Of a stretch of 64,000 nt of DNA, positions 15,001-30,000 are shown piece by piece. Within the stretch, counting starts at the first letter, position 1. Each line of letters starts with the position of its first letter. The notes under the pieces are model-generated. The model had not been told where the DNA came from, ran no database searches, and saw nothing but the letters and a program-made list of their open reading frames with translations. The translations under genes and the position numbers were made by a program. Source of the stretch: Eledone cirrhosa (Eukaryota); assembly GCA_964016885.1 (NCBI GenBank), contig OZ024741.1:403806001-403870000 (forward strand). The letters run 5' to 3'.

Positions 15001-18000
15001 ATTATGATGTTCCCTGCTGTATTAGCGTTAAATTTTCCCTGCTGTATTAGCGATAAATTTTCGAGGGTTTCTCTTAGTAGCTTTTTTCATGACGTTATTA
15101 TTGTTAATTTTACTGATGTAGTATTAACTTATTAACTTGGATATTTACCATGCGGTATTCTAATCCTATTGTATCTCTCTCAGTTATTTACCATGCGACC
15201 CTCAGTTCCTACCCCCCCCCCCTCTATGCACTTCTTTAAGGCTTACTACCCTGTCTTTAACCTAATTCATTCAATCTGAAAATATTGAAGAGATAAGACA
15301 CTTTGCCATTCTTCTCTGCTAAAATGTACCACTAGAGCTGATTCAAATTTTCCCAGCCAGCCATCCACCTAATCTACGAAGGTATTTTAGCCTACATATT
15401 GTCGTTAATATTATGATGTTCCCTGCTGTATTAGCGTTAAATTTTCCCTGCTGTATTAGCGATAAATTTTCGAGGGTTTCTCTTAGTAGCTTTTTCATGT
15501 CGTTAATATTATGATGTTCCCTGCTGTATTAGCGTTAAATTTTCCCTGCTGTATTAGCGATAAATTTTCGAGGGTTTCTCTTAGTAGCTTTTTTCATGAC
15601 GTTATTATTGTTAATTTTACTGATGTAGTATTAACTTATTAACTTGGATATTTACCATGCGGTATTCTAATCCTATTGTATCTCTCTCAGTTATTTACCA
15701 TGCGACCCTCAGTTCCTACCCCCCCCCCTCTATGCACTTCTTTAAGGCTTACTACCCTGTCTTTAACCTAATTCATTCAATCTGAAAATATTGAAGAGAT
15801 AAGACACTTTGCCATTCTTCTCTGCTAAAATGTACCACTAGAGCTGATTCAAATTTTCCCAGCCAGCCATCCACCTAATCTACGAAGGTATTTTAGCCTA
15901 CATATTGTCGTTAATATTATGATGTTCCCTGCTGTATTAGCGTTAAATTTTCCCTGCTGTATTAGCGATAAATTTTCGAGGGTTTCTCTTAGTAGCTTTT
16001 TCATGTCGTTAATATTATGATGTTCCCTGCTGTATTAGCGTTAAATTTTCCCTGCTGTATTAGCGATAAATTTTCGAGGGTTTCTCTTAGTAGCTTTTTT
16101 CATGACGTTATTATTGTTAATTTTACTGATGTAGTATTAACTTATTAACTTGGATATTTACCATGCGGTATTCTAATCCTATTGTATCTCTCTCAGTTAT
16201 TTACCATGCGACCCTCAGTTCCTACCCCCCCCCCCCTCTATGCACTTCTTTAAGGCTTACTACCCTGTCTTTAACCTAATTCATTCAATCTGAAAATATT
16301 GAAGAGATAAGACACTTTGCCATTCTTCTCTGCTAAAATGTACCACTAGAGCTGATTCAAATTTTCCCAGCCAGCCATCCACCTAATCTACGAAGGTATT
16401 TTAGCCTACATATTGTCGTTAATATTATGATGTTCCCTGCTGCATTAGCGTTAAATTTTCCCTGCTGTATTAGCGATAAATTTTCGAGGGTTTCTCTTAG
16501 TAGCTTTTTCATGTCGTTAATATTATGATGTTCCCTGCTGTATTAGCGTTAAATTTTCCCTGCTGTATTAGCGATAAATTTTCGAGGGTTTCTCTTAGTA
16601 GCTTTTTCATGTCGTTAATATTATGATGTTCCCTGCTGTATTAGCGTTAAATTTTCCCTGCTGTATTAGCGATAAATTTTCGAGGGTTTCTCTTAGTAGC
16701 TTTTTTCATGACGTTATTATTGTTAATTTTACTGATGTAGTATTAACTTATTAACTTGGATATTTACCATGCGGTATTCTAATCCTATTGTATCTCTCTC
16801 AGTTATTTACCATGCGACCCTCAGTTCCTACCCCCCCCTCTATGCACTTCTTTAAGGCTTACTACCCTGTCTTTAACCTAATTCATTCAATCTGAAAATA
16901 TTGAAGAGATAAGACACTTTGCCATTCTTCTCTGCTAAAATGTACCACTAGAGCTGATTCAAATTTTCCCAGCCAGCCATCCACCTAATCTACGAAGGTA
17001 TTTTAGCCTACATATTGTCGTTAATATTATGATGTTCCCTGCTGTATTAGCGTTAAATTTTCCCTGCTGTATTAGCGATAAATTTTCGAGGGTTTCTCTT
17101 AGTAGCTTTTTCATGTCGTTAATATTATGATGTTCCCTGCTGTATTAGCGTTAAATTTTCCCTGCTGTATTAGCGATAAATTTTCGAGGGTTTCTCTTAG
17201 TAGCTTTTTCATGTCGTTAATATTATGATGTTCCCTGCTGTATTAGCGTTAAATTTTCCCTGCTGTATTAGCGATAAATTTTCGAGGGTTTCTCTTAGTA
17301 GCTTTTTTCATGACGTTATTATTGTTAATTTTACTGATGTAGTATTAACTTATTAACTTGGATATTTACCATGCGGTATTCTAATCCTATTGTATCTCTC
17401 TCAGTTATTTACCATGCGACCCTCAGTTCCTACCCCCCCCCCTCTATGCACTTCTTTAAGGCTTACTACCCTGTCTTTAACCTAATTCATTCAATCTGAA
17501 AATATTGAAGAGATAAGACACTTTGCCATTCTTCTCTGCTAAAATGTACCACTAGAGCTGATTCAAATTTTCCCAGCCAGCCATCCACCTAATCTACGAA
17601 GGTATTTTAGCCTACATATTGTCGTTAATATTATGATTTTCCCTGCTGTATTAGCGTTAAATTTTCCCTGCTGTATTAGCGATAAATTTTCGAGGGTTTC
17701 TCTTAGTAGCTTTTTCATGTCGTTAATATTATGATGTTCCCTGCTGTATTAGCGTTAAATTTTCCCTGCTGTATTAGCGATAAATTTTCGAGGGTTTCTC
17801 TTAGTAGCTTTTTCATGTCGTTAATATTATGATGTTCCCTGCTGTATTAGCGTTAAATTTTCCCTGCTGTATTAGCGATAAATTTTCGAGGGTTTCTCTT
17901 AGTAGCTTTTTTCATGACGTTATTATTGTTAATTTTACTGATGTAGTATTAACTTATTAACTTGGATATTTACCATGCGGTATTCTAATCCTATTGTATC

Positions 18001-21000
18001 TCTCTCAGTTATTTACCATGCGACCCTCAGTTCCTACCCCCCCCCCCTCTATGCACTTCTTTAAGGCTTACTACCCTGTCTTTAACCTAATTCATTCAAT
18101 CTGAAAATATTGAAGAGATAAGACACTTTGCCATTCTTCTCTGCTAAAATGTACCACTAGAGCTGATTCAAATTTTCCCAGCCAGCCATCCACCTAATCT
18201 ACGAAGGTATTTTAGCCTACATATTGTCGTTAATATTATGATGTTCCCTGCTGTATTAGCGTTAAATTTTCCCTGCTGTATTAGCGATAAATTTTCGAGG
18301 GTTTCTCTTAGTAGCTTTTTCATGTCGTTAATATTATGATGTTCCCTGCTGTATTAGCGTTAAATTTTCCCTGCTGTATTAGCGATAAATTTTCGAGGGT
18401 TTCTCTTAGTAGCTTTTTTCATGACGTTATTATTGTTAATTTTACTGATGTAGTATTAACTTATTAACTTGGATATTTACCATGCGGTATTCTAATCCTA
18501 TTGTATCTCTCTCAGTTATTTACCATGCGACCCTCAGTTCCTACCCCCCCCCCTCTATGCACTTCTTTAAGGCTTACTACCCTGTCTTTAACCTAATTCA
18601 TTCAATCTGAAAATATTGAAGAGATAAGACACTTTGCCATTCTTCTCTGCTAAAATGTACCACTAGAGCTGATTCAAATTTTCCCAGCCAGCCATCCACC
18701 TAATCTACGAAGGTATTTTAGCCTACATATTGTCGTTAATATTATGATGTTCCCTGCTGTATTAGCGTTAAATTTTCCCTGCTGTATTAGCGATAAATTT
18801 TCGAGGGTTTCTCTTAGTAGCTTTTTCATGTCGTTAATATTATGATGTTCCCTGCTGTATTAGCGTTAAATTTTCCCTGCTGTATTAGCGATAAATTTTC
18901 GAGGGTTTCTCTTAGTAGCTTTTTTCATGACGTTATTATTGTTAATTTTACTGATGTAGTATTAACTTATTAACTTGGATATTTACCATGCGGTATTCTA
19001 ATCCTATTGTATCTCTCTCAGTTATTTACCATGCGACCCTCAGTTCCTACCCCCCCCCCTCTATGCACTTCTTTAAGGCTTACTACCCTGTCTTTAACCT
19101 AATTCATTCAATCTGAAAATATTGAAGAGATAAGACACTTTGCCATTCTTCTCTGCTAAAATGTACCACTAGAGCTGATTCAAATTTTCCCAGCCAGCCA
19201 TCCACCTAATCTACGAAGGTATTTTAGCCTACATATTGTCGTTAATATTATGATGTTCCCTGCTGCATTAGCGTTAAATTTTCCCTGCTGTATTAGCGAT
19301 AAATTTTCGAGGGTTTCTCTTAGTAGCTTTTTCATGTCGTTAATATTATGATGTTCCCTGCTGTATTAGCGTTAAATTTTCCCTGCTGTATTAGCGATAA
19401 ATTTTCGAGGGTTTCTCTTAGTAGCTTTTTCATGTCGTTAATATTATGATGTTCCCTGCTGTATTAGCGTTAAATTTTCCCTGCTGTATTAGCGATAAAT
19501 TTTCGAGGGTTTCTCTTAGTAGCTTTTTTCATGACGTTATTATTGTTAATTTTACTGATGTAGTATTAACTTATTAACTTGGATATTTACCATGCGGTAT
19601 TCTAATCCTATTGTATCTCTCTCAGTTATTTACCATGCGACCCTCAGTTCCTACCCCCCCCCTCTATGCACTTCTTTAAGGCTTACTACCCTGTCTTTAA
19701 CCTAATTCATTCAATCTGAAAATATTGAAGAGATAAGACACTTTGCCATTCTTCTCTGCTAAAATGTACCACTAGAGCTGATTCAAATTTTCCCAGCCAG
19801 CCATCCACCTAATCTACGAAGGTATTTTAGCCTACATATTGTCGTTAATATTATGATGTTCCCTGCTGTATTAGCGTTAAATTTTCCCTGCTGTATTAGC
19901 GATAAATTTTCGAGGGTTTCTCTTAGTAGCTTTTTCATGTCGTTAATATTATGATGTTCCCTGCTGTATTAGCGTTAAATTTTCCCTGCTGTATTAGCGA
20001 TAAATTTTCGAGGGTTTCTCTTAGTAGCTTTTTTCATGACGTTATTATTGTTAATTTTACTGATGTAGTATTAACTTATTAACTTGGATATTTACCATGC
20101 GGTATTCTAATCCTATTGTATCTCTCTCAGTTATTTACCATGCGACCCTCAGTTCCTACCCCCCCCTCTATGCACTTCTTTAAGGCTTACTACCCTGTCT
20201 TTAACCTAATTCATTCAATCTGAAAATATTGAAGAGATAAGACACTTTGCCATTCTTCTCTGCTAAAATGTACCACTAGAGCTGATTCAAATTTTCCTAG
20301 CCAGCCATCCACCTAATCTACGAAGGTATTTTAGCCTACATATTGTCGTTAATATTATGATGTTCCCTGCTGCATTAGCGTTAAATTTTCCCTGCTGTAT
20401 TAGCGATAAATTTTCGAGGGTTTCTCTTAGTAGCTTTTTCATGTCGTTAATATTATGATGTTCCCTGCTGTATTAGCGTTAAATTTTCCCTGCTGTATTA
20501 GCGATAAATTTTCGAGGGTTTCTCTTAGTAGCTTTTTCATGTCGTTAATATTATGATGTTCCCTGCTGTATTAGCGTTAAATTTTCCCTGCTGTATTAGC
20601 GATAAATTTTCGAGGGTTTCTCTTAGTAGCTTTTTTCATGACGTTATTATTGTTAATTTTACTGATGTAGTATTAACTTATTAACTTGGATATTTACCAT
20701 GCGGTATTCTAATCCTATTGTATCTCTCTCAGTTATTTACCATGCGACCCTCAGTTCCTACCCCCCCCCTCTATGCACTTCTTTAAGGCTTACTACCCTG
20801 TCTTTAACCTAATTCATTCAATCTGAAAATATTGAAGAGATAAGACACTTTGCCATTCTTCTCTGCTAAAATGTACCACTAGAGCTGATTCAAATTTTCC
20901 CAGCCAGCCATCCACCTAATCTACGAAGGTATTTTAGCCTACATATTGTCGTTAATATTATGATGTTCCCTGCTGTATTAGCGTTAAATTTTCCCTGCTG

Positions 21001-24000
21001 TATTAGCGATAAATTTTCGAGGGTTTCTCTTAGTAGCTTTTTCATGTCGTTAATATTATGATGTTCCCTGCTGTATTAGCGTTAAATTTTCCCTGCTGTA
21101 TTAGCGATAAATTTTCGAGGGTTTCTCTTAGTAGCTTTTTTCATGACGTTATTATTGTTAATTTTACTGATGTAGTATTAACTTATTAACTTGGATATTT
21201 ACCATGCGGTATTCTAATCCTATTGTATCTCTCTCAGTTATTTACCATGCGACCCTCAGTTCCTACCCCCCCCCTCTATGCACTTCTTTAAGGCTTACTA
21301 CCCTGTCTTTAACCTAATTCATTCAATCTGAAAATATTGAAGAGATAAGACACTTTGCCATTCTTCTCTGCTAAAATGTACCACTAGAGCTGATTCAAAT
21401 TTTCCCAGCCAGCCATCCACCTAATCTACGAAGGTATTTTAGCCTACATATTGTCGTTAATATTATGATGTTCCCTGCTGTATTAGCGTTAAATTTTCCC
21501 TGCTGTATTAGCGATAAATTTTCGAGGGTTTCTCTTAGTAGCTTTTTCATGTCGTTAATATTATGATGTTCCCTGCTGTATTAGCGTTAAATTTTCCCTG
21601 CTGTATTAGCGATAAATTTTCGAGGGTTTCTCTTAGTAGCTTTTTCATGTCGTTAATATTATGATGTTCCCTGCTGTATTAGCGTTAAATTTTCCCTGCT
21701 GTATTAGCGATAAATTTTCGAGGGTTTCTCTTAGTAGCTTTTTTCATGACGTTATTATTGTTAATTTTACTGATGTAGTATTAACTTATTAACTTGGATA
21801 TTTACCATGCGGTATTCTAATCCTATTGTATCTCTCTCAGTTATTTACCATGCGACCCTCAGTTCCTACCCCCCCCCCTCTATGCACTTCTTTAAGGCTT
21901 ACTACCCTGTCTTTAACCTAATTCATTCAATCTGAAAATATTGAAGAGATAAGACACTTTGCCATTCTTCTCTGCTAAAATGTACCACTAGAGCTGATTC
22001 AAATTTTCCCAGCCAGCCATCCACCTAATCTACGAAGGTATTTTAGCCTACATATTGTCGTTAATATTATGATTTTCCCTGCTGTATTAGCGTTAAATTT
22101 TCCCTGCTGTATTAGCGATAAATTTTCGAGGGTTTCTCTTAGTAGCTTTTTCATGTCGTTAATATTATGATGTTCCCTGCTGTATTAGCGTTAAATTTTC
22201 CCTGCTGTATTAGCGATAAATTTTCGAGGGTTTCTCTTAGTAGCTTTTTCATGTCGTTAATATTATGATGTTCCCTGCTGTATTAGCGTTAAATTTTCCC
22301 TGCTGTATTAGCGATAAATTTTCGAGGGTTTCTCTTAGTAGCTTTTTTCATGACGTTATTATTGTTAATTTTACTGATGTAGTATTAACTTATTAACTTG
22401 GATATTTACCATGCGGTATTCTAATCCTATTGTATCTCTCTCAGTTATTTACCATGCGACCCTCAGTTCCTACCCCCCCCTCTATGCACTTCTTTAAGGC
22501 TTACTACCCTGTCTTTAACCTAATTCATTCAATCTGAAAATATTGAAGAGATAAGACACTTTGCCATTCTTCTCTGCTAAAATGTACCACTAGAGCTGAT
22601 TCAAATTTTCCCAGCCAGCCATCCACCTAATCTACGAAGGTATTTTAGCCTACATATTGTCGTTAATATTATGATGTTCCCTGCTGTATTAGCGTTAAAT
22701 TTTCCCTGCTGTATTAGCGATAAATTTTCGAGGGTTTCTCTTAGTAGCTTTTTCATGTCGTTAATATTATGATGTTCCCTGCTGTATTAGCGTTAAATTT
22801 TCCCTGCTGTATTAGCGATAAATTTTCGAGGGTTTCTCTTAGTAGCTTTTTTCATGACGTTATTATTGTTAATTTTACTGATGTAGTATTAACTTATTAA
22901 CTTGGATATTTACCATGCGGTATTCTAATCCTATTGTATCTCTCTCAGTTATTTACCATGCGACCCTCAGTTCCTACCCCCCCCCCTCTATGCACTTCTT
23001 TAAGGCTTACTACCCTGTCTTTAACCTAATTCATTCAATCTGAAAATATTGAAGAGATAAGACACTTTGCCATTCTTCTCTGCTAAAATGTACCACTAGA
23101 GCTGATTCAAATTTTCCCAGCCAGCCATCCACCTAATCTACGAAGGTATTTTAGCCTACATATTGTCGTTAATATTATGATGTTCCCTGCTGTATTAGCG
23201 TTAAATTTTCCCTGCTGTATTAGCGATAAATTTTCGAGGGTTTCTCTTAGTAGCTTTTTCATGTCGTTAATATTATGATGTTCCCTGCTGTATTAGCGTT
23301 AAATTTTCCCTGCTGTATTAGCGATAAATTTTCGAGGGTTTCTCTTAGTAGCTTTTTTCATGACGTTATTATTGTTAATTTTACTGATGTAGTATTAACT
23401 TATTAACTTGGATATTTACCATGCGGTATTCTAATCCTATTGTATCTCTCTCAGTTATTTACCATGCGACCCTCAGTTCCTACCCCCCCCTCTATGCACT
23501 TCTTTAAGGCTTACTACCCTGTCTTTAACCTAATTCATTCAATCTGAAAATATTGAAGAGATAAGACACTTTGCCATTCTTCTCTGCTAAAATGTACCAC
23601 TAGAGCTGATTCAAATTTTCCCAGCCAGCCATCCACCTAATCTACGAAGGTATTTTAGCCTACATATTGTCGTTAATATTATGATGTTCCCTGCTGCATT
23701 AGCGTTAAATTTTCCCTGCTGTATTAGCGATAAATTTTCGAGGGTTTCTCTTAGTAGCTTTTTCATGTCGTTAATATTATGATGTTCCCTGCTGTATTAG
23801 CGTTAAATTTTCCCTGCTGTATTAGCGATAAATTTTCGAGGGTTTCTCTTAGTAGCTTTTTCATGTCGTTAATATTATGATGTTCCCTGCTGTATTAGCG
23901 TTAAATTTTCCCTGCTGTATTAGCGATAAATTTTCGAGGGTTTCTCTTAGTAGCTTTTTTCATGACGTTATTATTGTTAATTTTACTGATGTAGTATTAA

Positions 24001-27000
24001 CTTATTAACTTGGATATTTACCATGCGGTATTCTAATCCTATTGTATCTCTCTCAGTTATTTACCATGCGACCCTCAGTTCCTACCCCCCCCTCTATGCA
24101 CTTCTTTAAGGCTTACTACCCTGTCTTTAACCTAATTCATTCAATCTGAAAATATTGAAGAGATAAGACACTTTGCCATTCTTCTCTGCTAAAATGTACC
24201 ACTAGAGCTGATTCAAATTTTCCCAGCCAGCCATCCACCTAATCTACGAAGGTATTTTAGCCTACATATTGTCGTTAATATTATGATGTTCCCTGCTGTA
24301 TTAGCGTTAAATTTTCCCTGCTGTATTAGCGATAAATTTTCGAGGGTTTCTCTTAGTAGCTTTTTCATGTCGTTAATATTATGATGTTCCCTGCTGTATT
24401 AGCGTTAAATTTTCCCTGCTGTATTAGCGATAAATTTTCGAGGGTTTCTCTTAGTAGCTTTTTTCATGACGTTATTATTGATAATTTTACTGATGTAGTA
24501 TTAACTTATTAACTTGGATATTTACCATGCGGTATTCTAATCCTATTGTATCTCTCTCAGTTATTTACCATGCGACCCTCAGTTCCTACCCCCCCCCCCT
24601 CTATGCACTTCTTTAAGGCTTACTACCCTGTCTTTAACCTAATTCATTCAATCTGAAAATATTGAAGAGATAAGACACTTTGCCATTCTTCTCTGCTAAA
24701 ATGTACCACTAGAGCTGATTCAAATTTTCCCAGCCAGCCATCCACCTAATCTACGAAGGTATTTCAGCCTACATATTGTCGTTAATATTATGATGTTCCC
24801 TGCTGTATTAGCGTTAAATTTTCCCTGCTGTATTAGCGATAAATTTTCGAGGGTTTCTCTTAGTAGCTTTTTCATGTCGTTAATATTATGATGTTCCCTG
24901 CTGTATTAGCGTTAAATTTTCCCTGCTGTATTAGCGATAAATTTTCGAGGGTTTCTCTTAGTAGCTTTTTCATGTCGTTAATATTATGATGTTCCCTGCT
25001 GTATTAGCGTTAAATTTTCCCTGCTGTATTAGCGATAAATTTTCGAGGGTTTCTCTTAGTAGCTTTTTTCATGACGTTATTATTGTTAATTTTACTGATG
25101 TAGTATTAACTTATTAACTTGGATATTTACCATGCGGTATTCTAATCCTATTGTATCTCTCTCAGTTATTTACCATGCGACCCTCAGTTCCTACCCCCCC
25201 CCCCCCCCTCTATGCACTTCTTTAAGGCTTACTACCCTGTCTTTAACCTAATTCATTCAATCTGAAAATATTGAAGAGATAAGACACTTTGCCATTCTTC
25301 TCTGCTAAAATGTACCACTAGAGCTGATTCAAATTTTCCCAGCCAGCCATCCACCTAATCTACGAAGGTATTTTAGCCTACATATTGTCGTTAATATTAT
25401 GATGTTCCCTGCTGTATTAGCGTTAAATTTTCCCTGCTGTATTAGCGATAAATTTTCGAGGGTTTCTCTTAGTAGCTTTTTCATGTCGTTAATATTATGA
25501 TGTTCCCTGCTGTATTAGCGTTAAATTTTCCCTGCTGTATTAGCGATAAATTTTCGAGGGTTTCTCTTAGTAGCTTTTTCATGTCGTTAATATTATGATG
25601 TTCCCTGCTGTATTAGCGTTAAATTTTCCCTGCTGTATTAGCGATAAATTTTCGAGGGTTTCTCTTAGTAGCTTTTTTCATGACGTTATTATTGTTAATT
25701 TTACTGATGTAGTATTAACTTATTAACTTGGATATTTACCATGCGGTATTCTAATCCTATTGTATCTCACTCAGTTATTTACCATGCGACCCTCAGTTCC
25801 TACCCCCCCCCTCTATGCACTTCTTTAAGGCTTACTACCCTGTCTTTAACCTAATTCATTCAATCTGAAAATATTGAAGAGATAAGACACTTTGCCATTC
25901 TTCTCTGCTAAAATGTACCACTAGAGCTGATTCAAATTTTCCCAGCCAGCCATCCACCTAATCTACGAAGGTATTTTAGCCTACATATTGTCGTTAATAT
26001 TATGATGTTCCCTGCTGTATTAGCGTTAAATTTTCCCTGCTGTATTAGCGATAAATTTTCGAGGGTTTCTCTTAGTAGCTTTTTCATGTCGTTAATATTA
26101 TGATGTTCCCTGCTGTATTAGCGTTAAATTTTCCCTGCTGTATTAGCGATAAATTTTCGAGGGTTTCTCTTAGTAGCTTTTTCATGTCGTTAATATTATG
26201 ATGTTCCCTGCTGTATTAGCGTTAAATTTTCCCTGCTGTATTAGCGATAAATTTTCGAGGGTTTCTCTTAGTAGCTTTTTTCATGACGTTATTATTGTTA
26301 ATTTTACTGATGTAATATTAACTTATTAACTTGGATATTTACCATGCGGTATTCTAATCCTATTGTATCTCTCTCAGTTATTTACCATGCGACCCTCAGT
26401 TCCTACCCCCCCCCCTCTATGCACTTCTTTAAGGCTTACTACCCTGTCTTTAACCTAATTCATTCAATCTGAAAATATTGAAGAGATAAGACACTTTGCC
26501 ATTCTTCTCTGCTAAAATGTACCACTAGAGCTGATTCAAATTTTCCCAGCCAGCCATCCACCTAATCTACGAAGGTATTTTAGCCTACATATTGTCGTTA
26601 ATATTATGATTTTCCCTGCTGTATTAGCGTTAAATTTTCCCTGCTGTATTAGCGATAAATTTTCGAGGGTTTCTCTTAGTAGCTTTTTCATGTCGTTAAT
26701 ATTATGATGTTCCCTGCTGTATTAGCGTTAAATTTTCCCTGCTGTATTAGCGATAAATTTTCGAGGGTTTCTCTTAGTAGCTTTTTCATGTCGTTAATAT
26801 TATGATGTTCCCTGCTGTATTAGCGTTAAATTTTCCCTGCTGTATTAGCGATAAATTTTCGAGGGTTTCTCTTAGTAGCTTTTTTCATGACGTTATTATT
26901 GTTAATTTTACTGATGTAGTATTAACTTATTAACTTGGATATTTACCATGCGGTATTCTAATCCTATTGTATCTCTCTCAGTTATTTACCATGCGACCCT

Positions 27001-30000
27001 CAGTTCCTACCCCCCCCTCTATGCACTTCTTTAAGGCTTACTACCCTGTCTTTAACCTAATTCATTCAATCTGAAAATATTGAAGAGATAAGACACTTTG
27101 CCATTCTTCTCTGCTAAAATGTACCACTAGAGCTGATTCAAATTTTCCCAGCCAGCCATCCACCTAATCTACGAAGGTATTTTAGCCTACATATTGTCGT
27201 TAATATTATGATGTTCCCTGCTGTATTAGCGTTAAATTTTCCCTGCTGTATTAGCGATAAATTTTCGAGGGTTTCTCTTAGTAGCTTTTTCATGTCGTTA
27301 ATATTATGATGTTCCCTGCTGTATTAGCGTTAAATTTTCCCTGCTGTATTAGCGATAAATTTTCGAGGGTTTCTCTTAGTAGCTTTTTTCATGACGTTAT
27401 TATTGTTAATTTTACTGATGTAGTATTAACTTATTAACTTGGATATTTACCATGCGGTATTCTAATCCTATTGTATCTCTCTCAGTTATTTACCATGCGA
27501 CCCTCAGTTCCTACCCCCCCCCCCCCTCTATGCACTTCTTTAAGGCTTACTACCCTGTCTTTAACCTAATTCATTCAATCTGAAAATATTGAAGAGATAA
27601 GACACTTTGCCATTCTTCTCTGCTAAAATGTACCACTAGAGCTGATTCAAATTTTCCCAGCCAGCCATCCACCTAATCTACGAAGGTATTTTAGCCTACA
27701 TATTGTCGTTAATATTATGATGTTCCCTGCTGTATTAGCGTTAAATTTTCCCTGCTGTATTAGCGATAAATTTTCGAGGGTTTCTCTTAGTAGCTTTTTC
27801 ATGTCGTTAATATTATGATGTTCCCTGCTGTATTAGCGTTAAATTTTCCCTGCTGTATTAGCGATAAATTTTCGAGGGTTTCTCTTAGTAGCTTTTTTCA
27901 TGACGTTATTATTGTTAATTTTACTGATGTAGTATTAACTTATTAACTTGGATATTTACCATGCGGTATTCTAATCCTATTGTATCTCTCTCAGTTATTT
28001 ACCATGCGACCCTCAGTTCCTACCCCCCCCCCTCTATGCACTTCTTTAAGGCTTACTACCCTGTCTTTAACCTAATTCATTCAATCTGAAAATATTGAAG
28101 AGATAAGACACTTTGCCATTCTTCTCTGCTAAAATGTACCACTAGAGCTGATTCAAATTTTCCCAGCCAGCCATCCACCTAATCTACGAAGGTATTTTAG
28201 CCTACATATTGTCGTTAATATTATGATGTTCCCTGCTGCATTAGCGTTAAATTTTCCCTGCTGTATTAGCGATAAATTTTCGAGGGTTTCTCTTAGTAGC
28301 TTTTTCATGTCGTTAATATTATGATGTTCCCTGCTGTATTAGCGTTAAATTTTCCCTGCTGTATTAGCGATAAATTTTCGAGGGTTTCTCTTAGTAGCTT
28401 TTTCATGTCGTTAATATTATGATGTTCCCTGCTGTATTAGCGTTAAATTTTCCCTGCTGTATTAGCGATAAATTTTCGAGGGTTTCTCTTAGTAGCTTTT
28501 TTCATGACGTTATTATTGTTAATTTTACTGATGTAGTATTAACTTATTAACTTGGATATTTACCATGCGGTATTCTAATCCTATTGTATCTCTCTCAGTT
28601 ATTTACCATGCGACCCTCAGTTCCTACCCCCCCCTCTATGCACTTCTTTAAGGCTTACTACCCTGTCTTTAACCTAATTCATTCAATCTGAAAATATTGA
28701 AGAGATAAGACACTTTGCCATTCTTCTCTGCTAAAATGTACCACTAGAGCTGATTCAAATTTTCCCAGCCAGCCATCCACCTAATCTACGAAGGTATTTT
28801 AGCCTACATATTGTCGTTAATATTATGATGTTCCCTGCTGTATTAGCGTTAAATTTTCCCTGCTGTATTAGCGATAAATTTTCGAGGGTTTCTCTTAGTA
28901 GCTTTTTCATGTCGTTAATATTATGATGTTCCCTGCTGTATTAGCGTTAAATTTTCCCTGCTGTATTAGCGATAAATTTTCGAGGGTTTCTCTTAGTAGC
29001 TTTTTTCATGACGTTATTATTGATAATTTTACTGATGTAGTATTAACTTATTAACTTGGATATTTACCATGCGGTATTCTAATCCTATTGTATCTCTCTC
29101 AGTTATTTACCATGCGACCCTCAGTTCCTACCCCCCCCCCCTCTATGCACTTCTTTAAGGCTTACTACCCTGTCTTTAACCTAATTCATTCAATCTGAAA
29201 ATATTGAAGAGATAAGACACTTTGCCATTCTTCTCTGCTAAAATGTACCACTAGAGCTGATTCAAATTTTCCCAGCCAGCCATCCACCTAATCTACGAAG
29301 GTATTTCAGCCTACATATTGTCGTTAATATTATGATGTTCCCTGCTGTATTAGCGTTAAATTTTCCCTGCTGTATTAGCGATAAATTTTCGAGGGTTTCT
29401 CTTAGTAGCTTTTTCATGTCGTTAATATTATGATGTTCCCTGCTGTATTAGCGTTAAATTTTCCCTGCTGTATTAGCGATAAATTTTCGAGGGTTTCTCT
29501 TAGTAGCTTTTTCATGTCGTTAATATTATGATGTTCCCTGCTGTATTAGCGTTAAATTTTCCCTGCTGTATTAGCGATAAATTTTCGAGGGTTTCTCTTA
29601 GTAGCTTTTTTCATGACGTTATTATTGTTAATTTTACTGATGTAGTATTAACTTATTAACTTGGATATTTACCATGCGGTATTCTAATCCTATTGTATCT
29701 CTCTCAGTTATTTACCATGCGACCCTCAGTTCCTACCCCCCCCCCCCCTCTATGCACTTCTTTAAGGCTTACTACCCTGTCTTTAACCTAATTCATTCAA
29801 TCTGAAAATATTGAAGAGATAAGACACTTTGCCATTCTTCTCTGCTAAAATGTACCACTAGAGCTGATTCAAATTTTCCCAGCCAGCCATCCACCTAATC
29901 TACGAAGGTATTTTAGCCTACATATTGTCGTTAATATTATGATGTTCCCTGCTGTATTAGCGTTAAATTTTCCCTGCTGTATTAGCGATAAATTTTCGAG

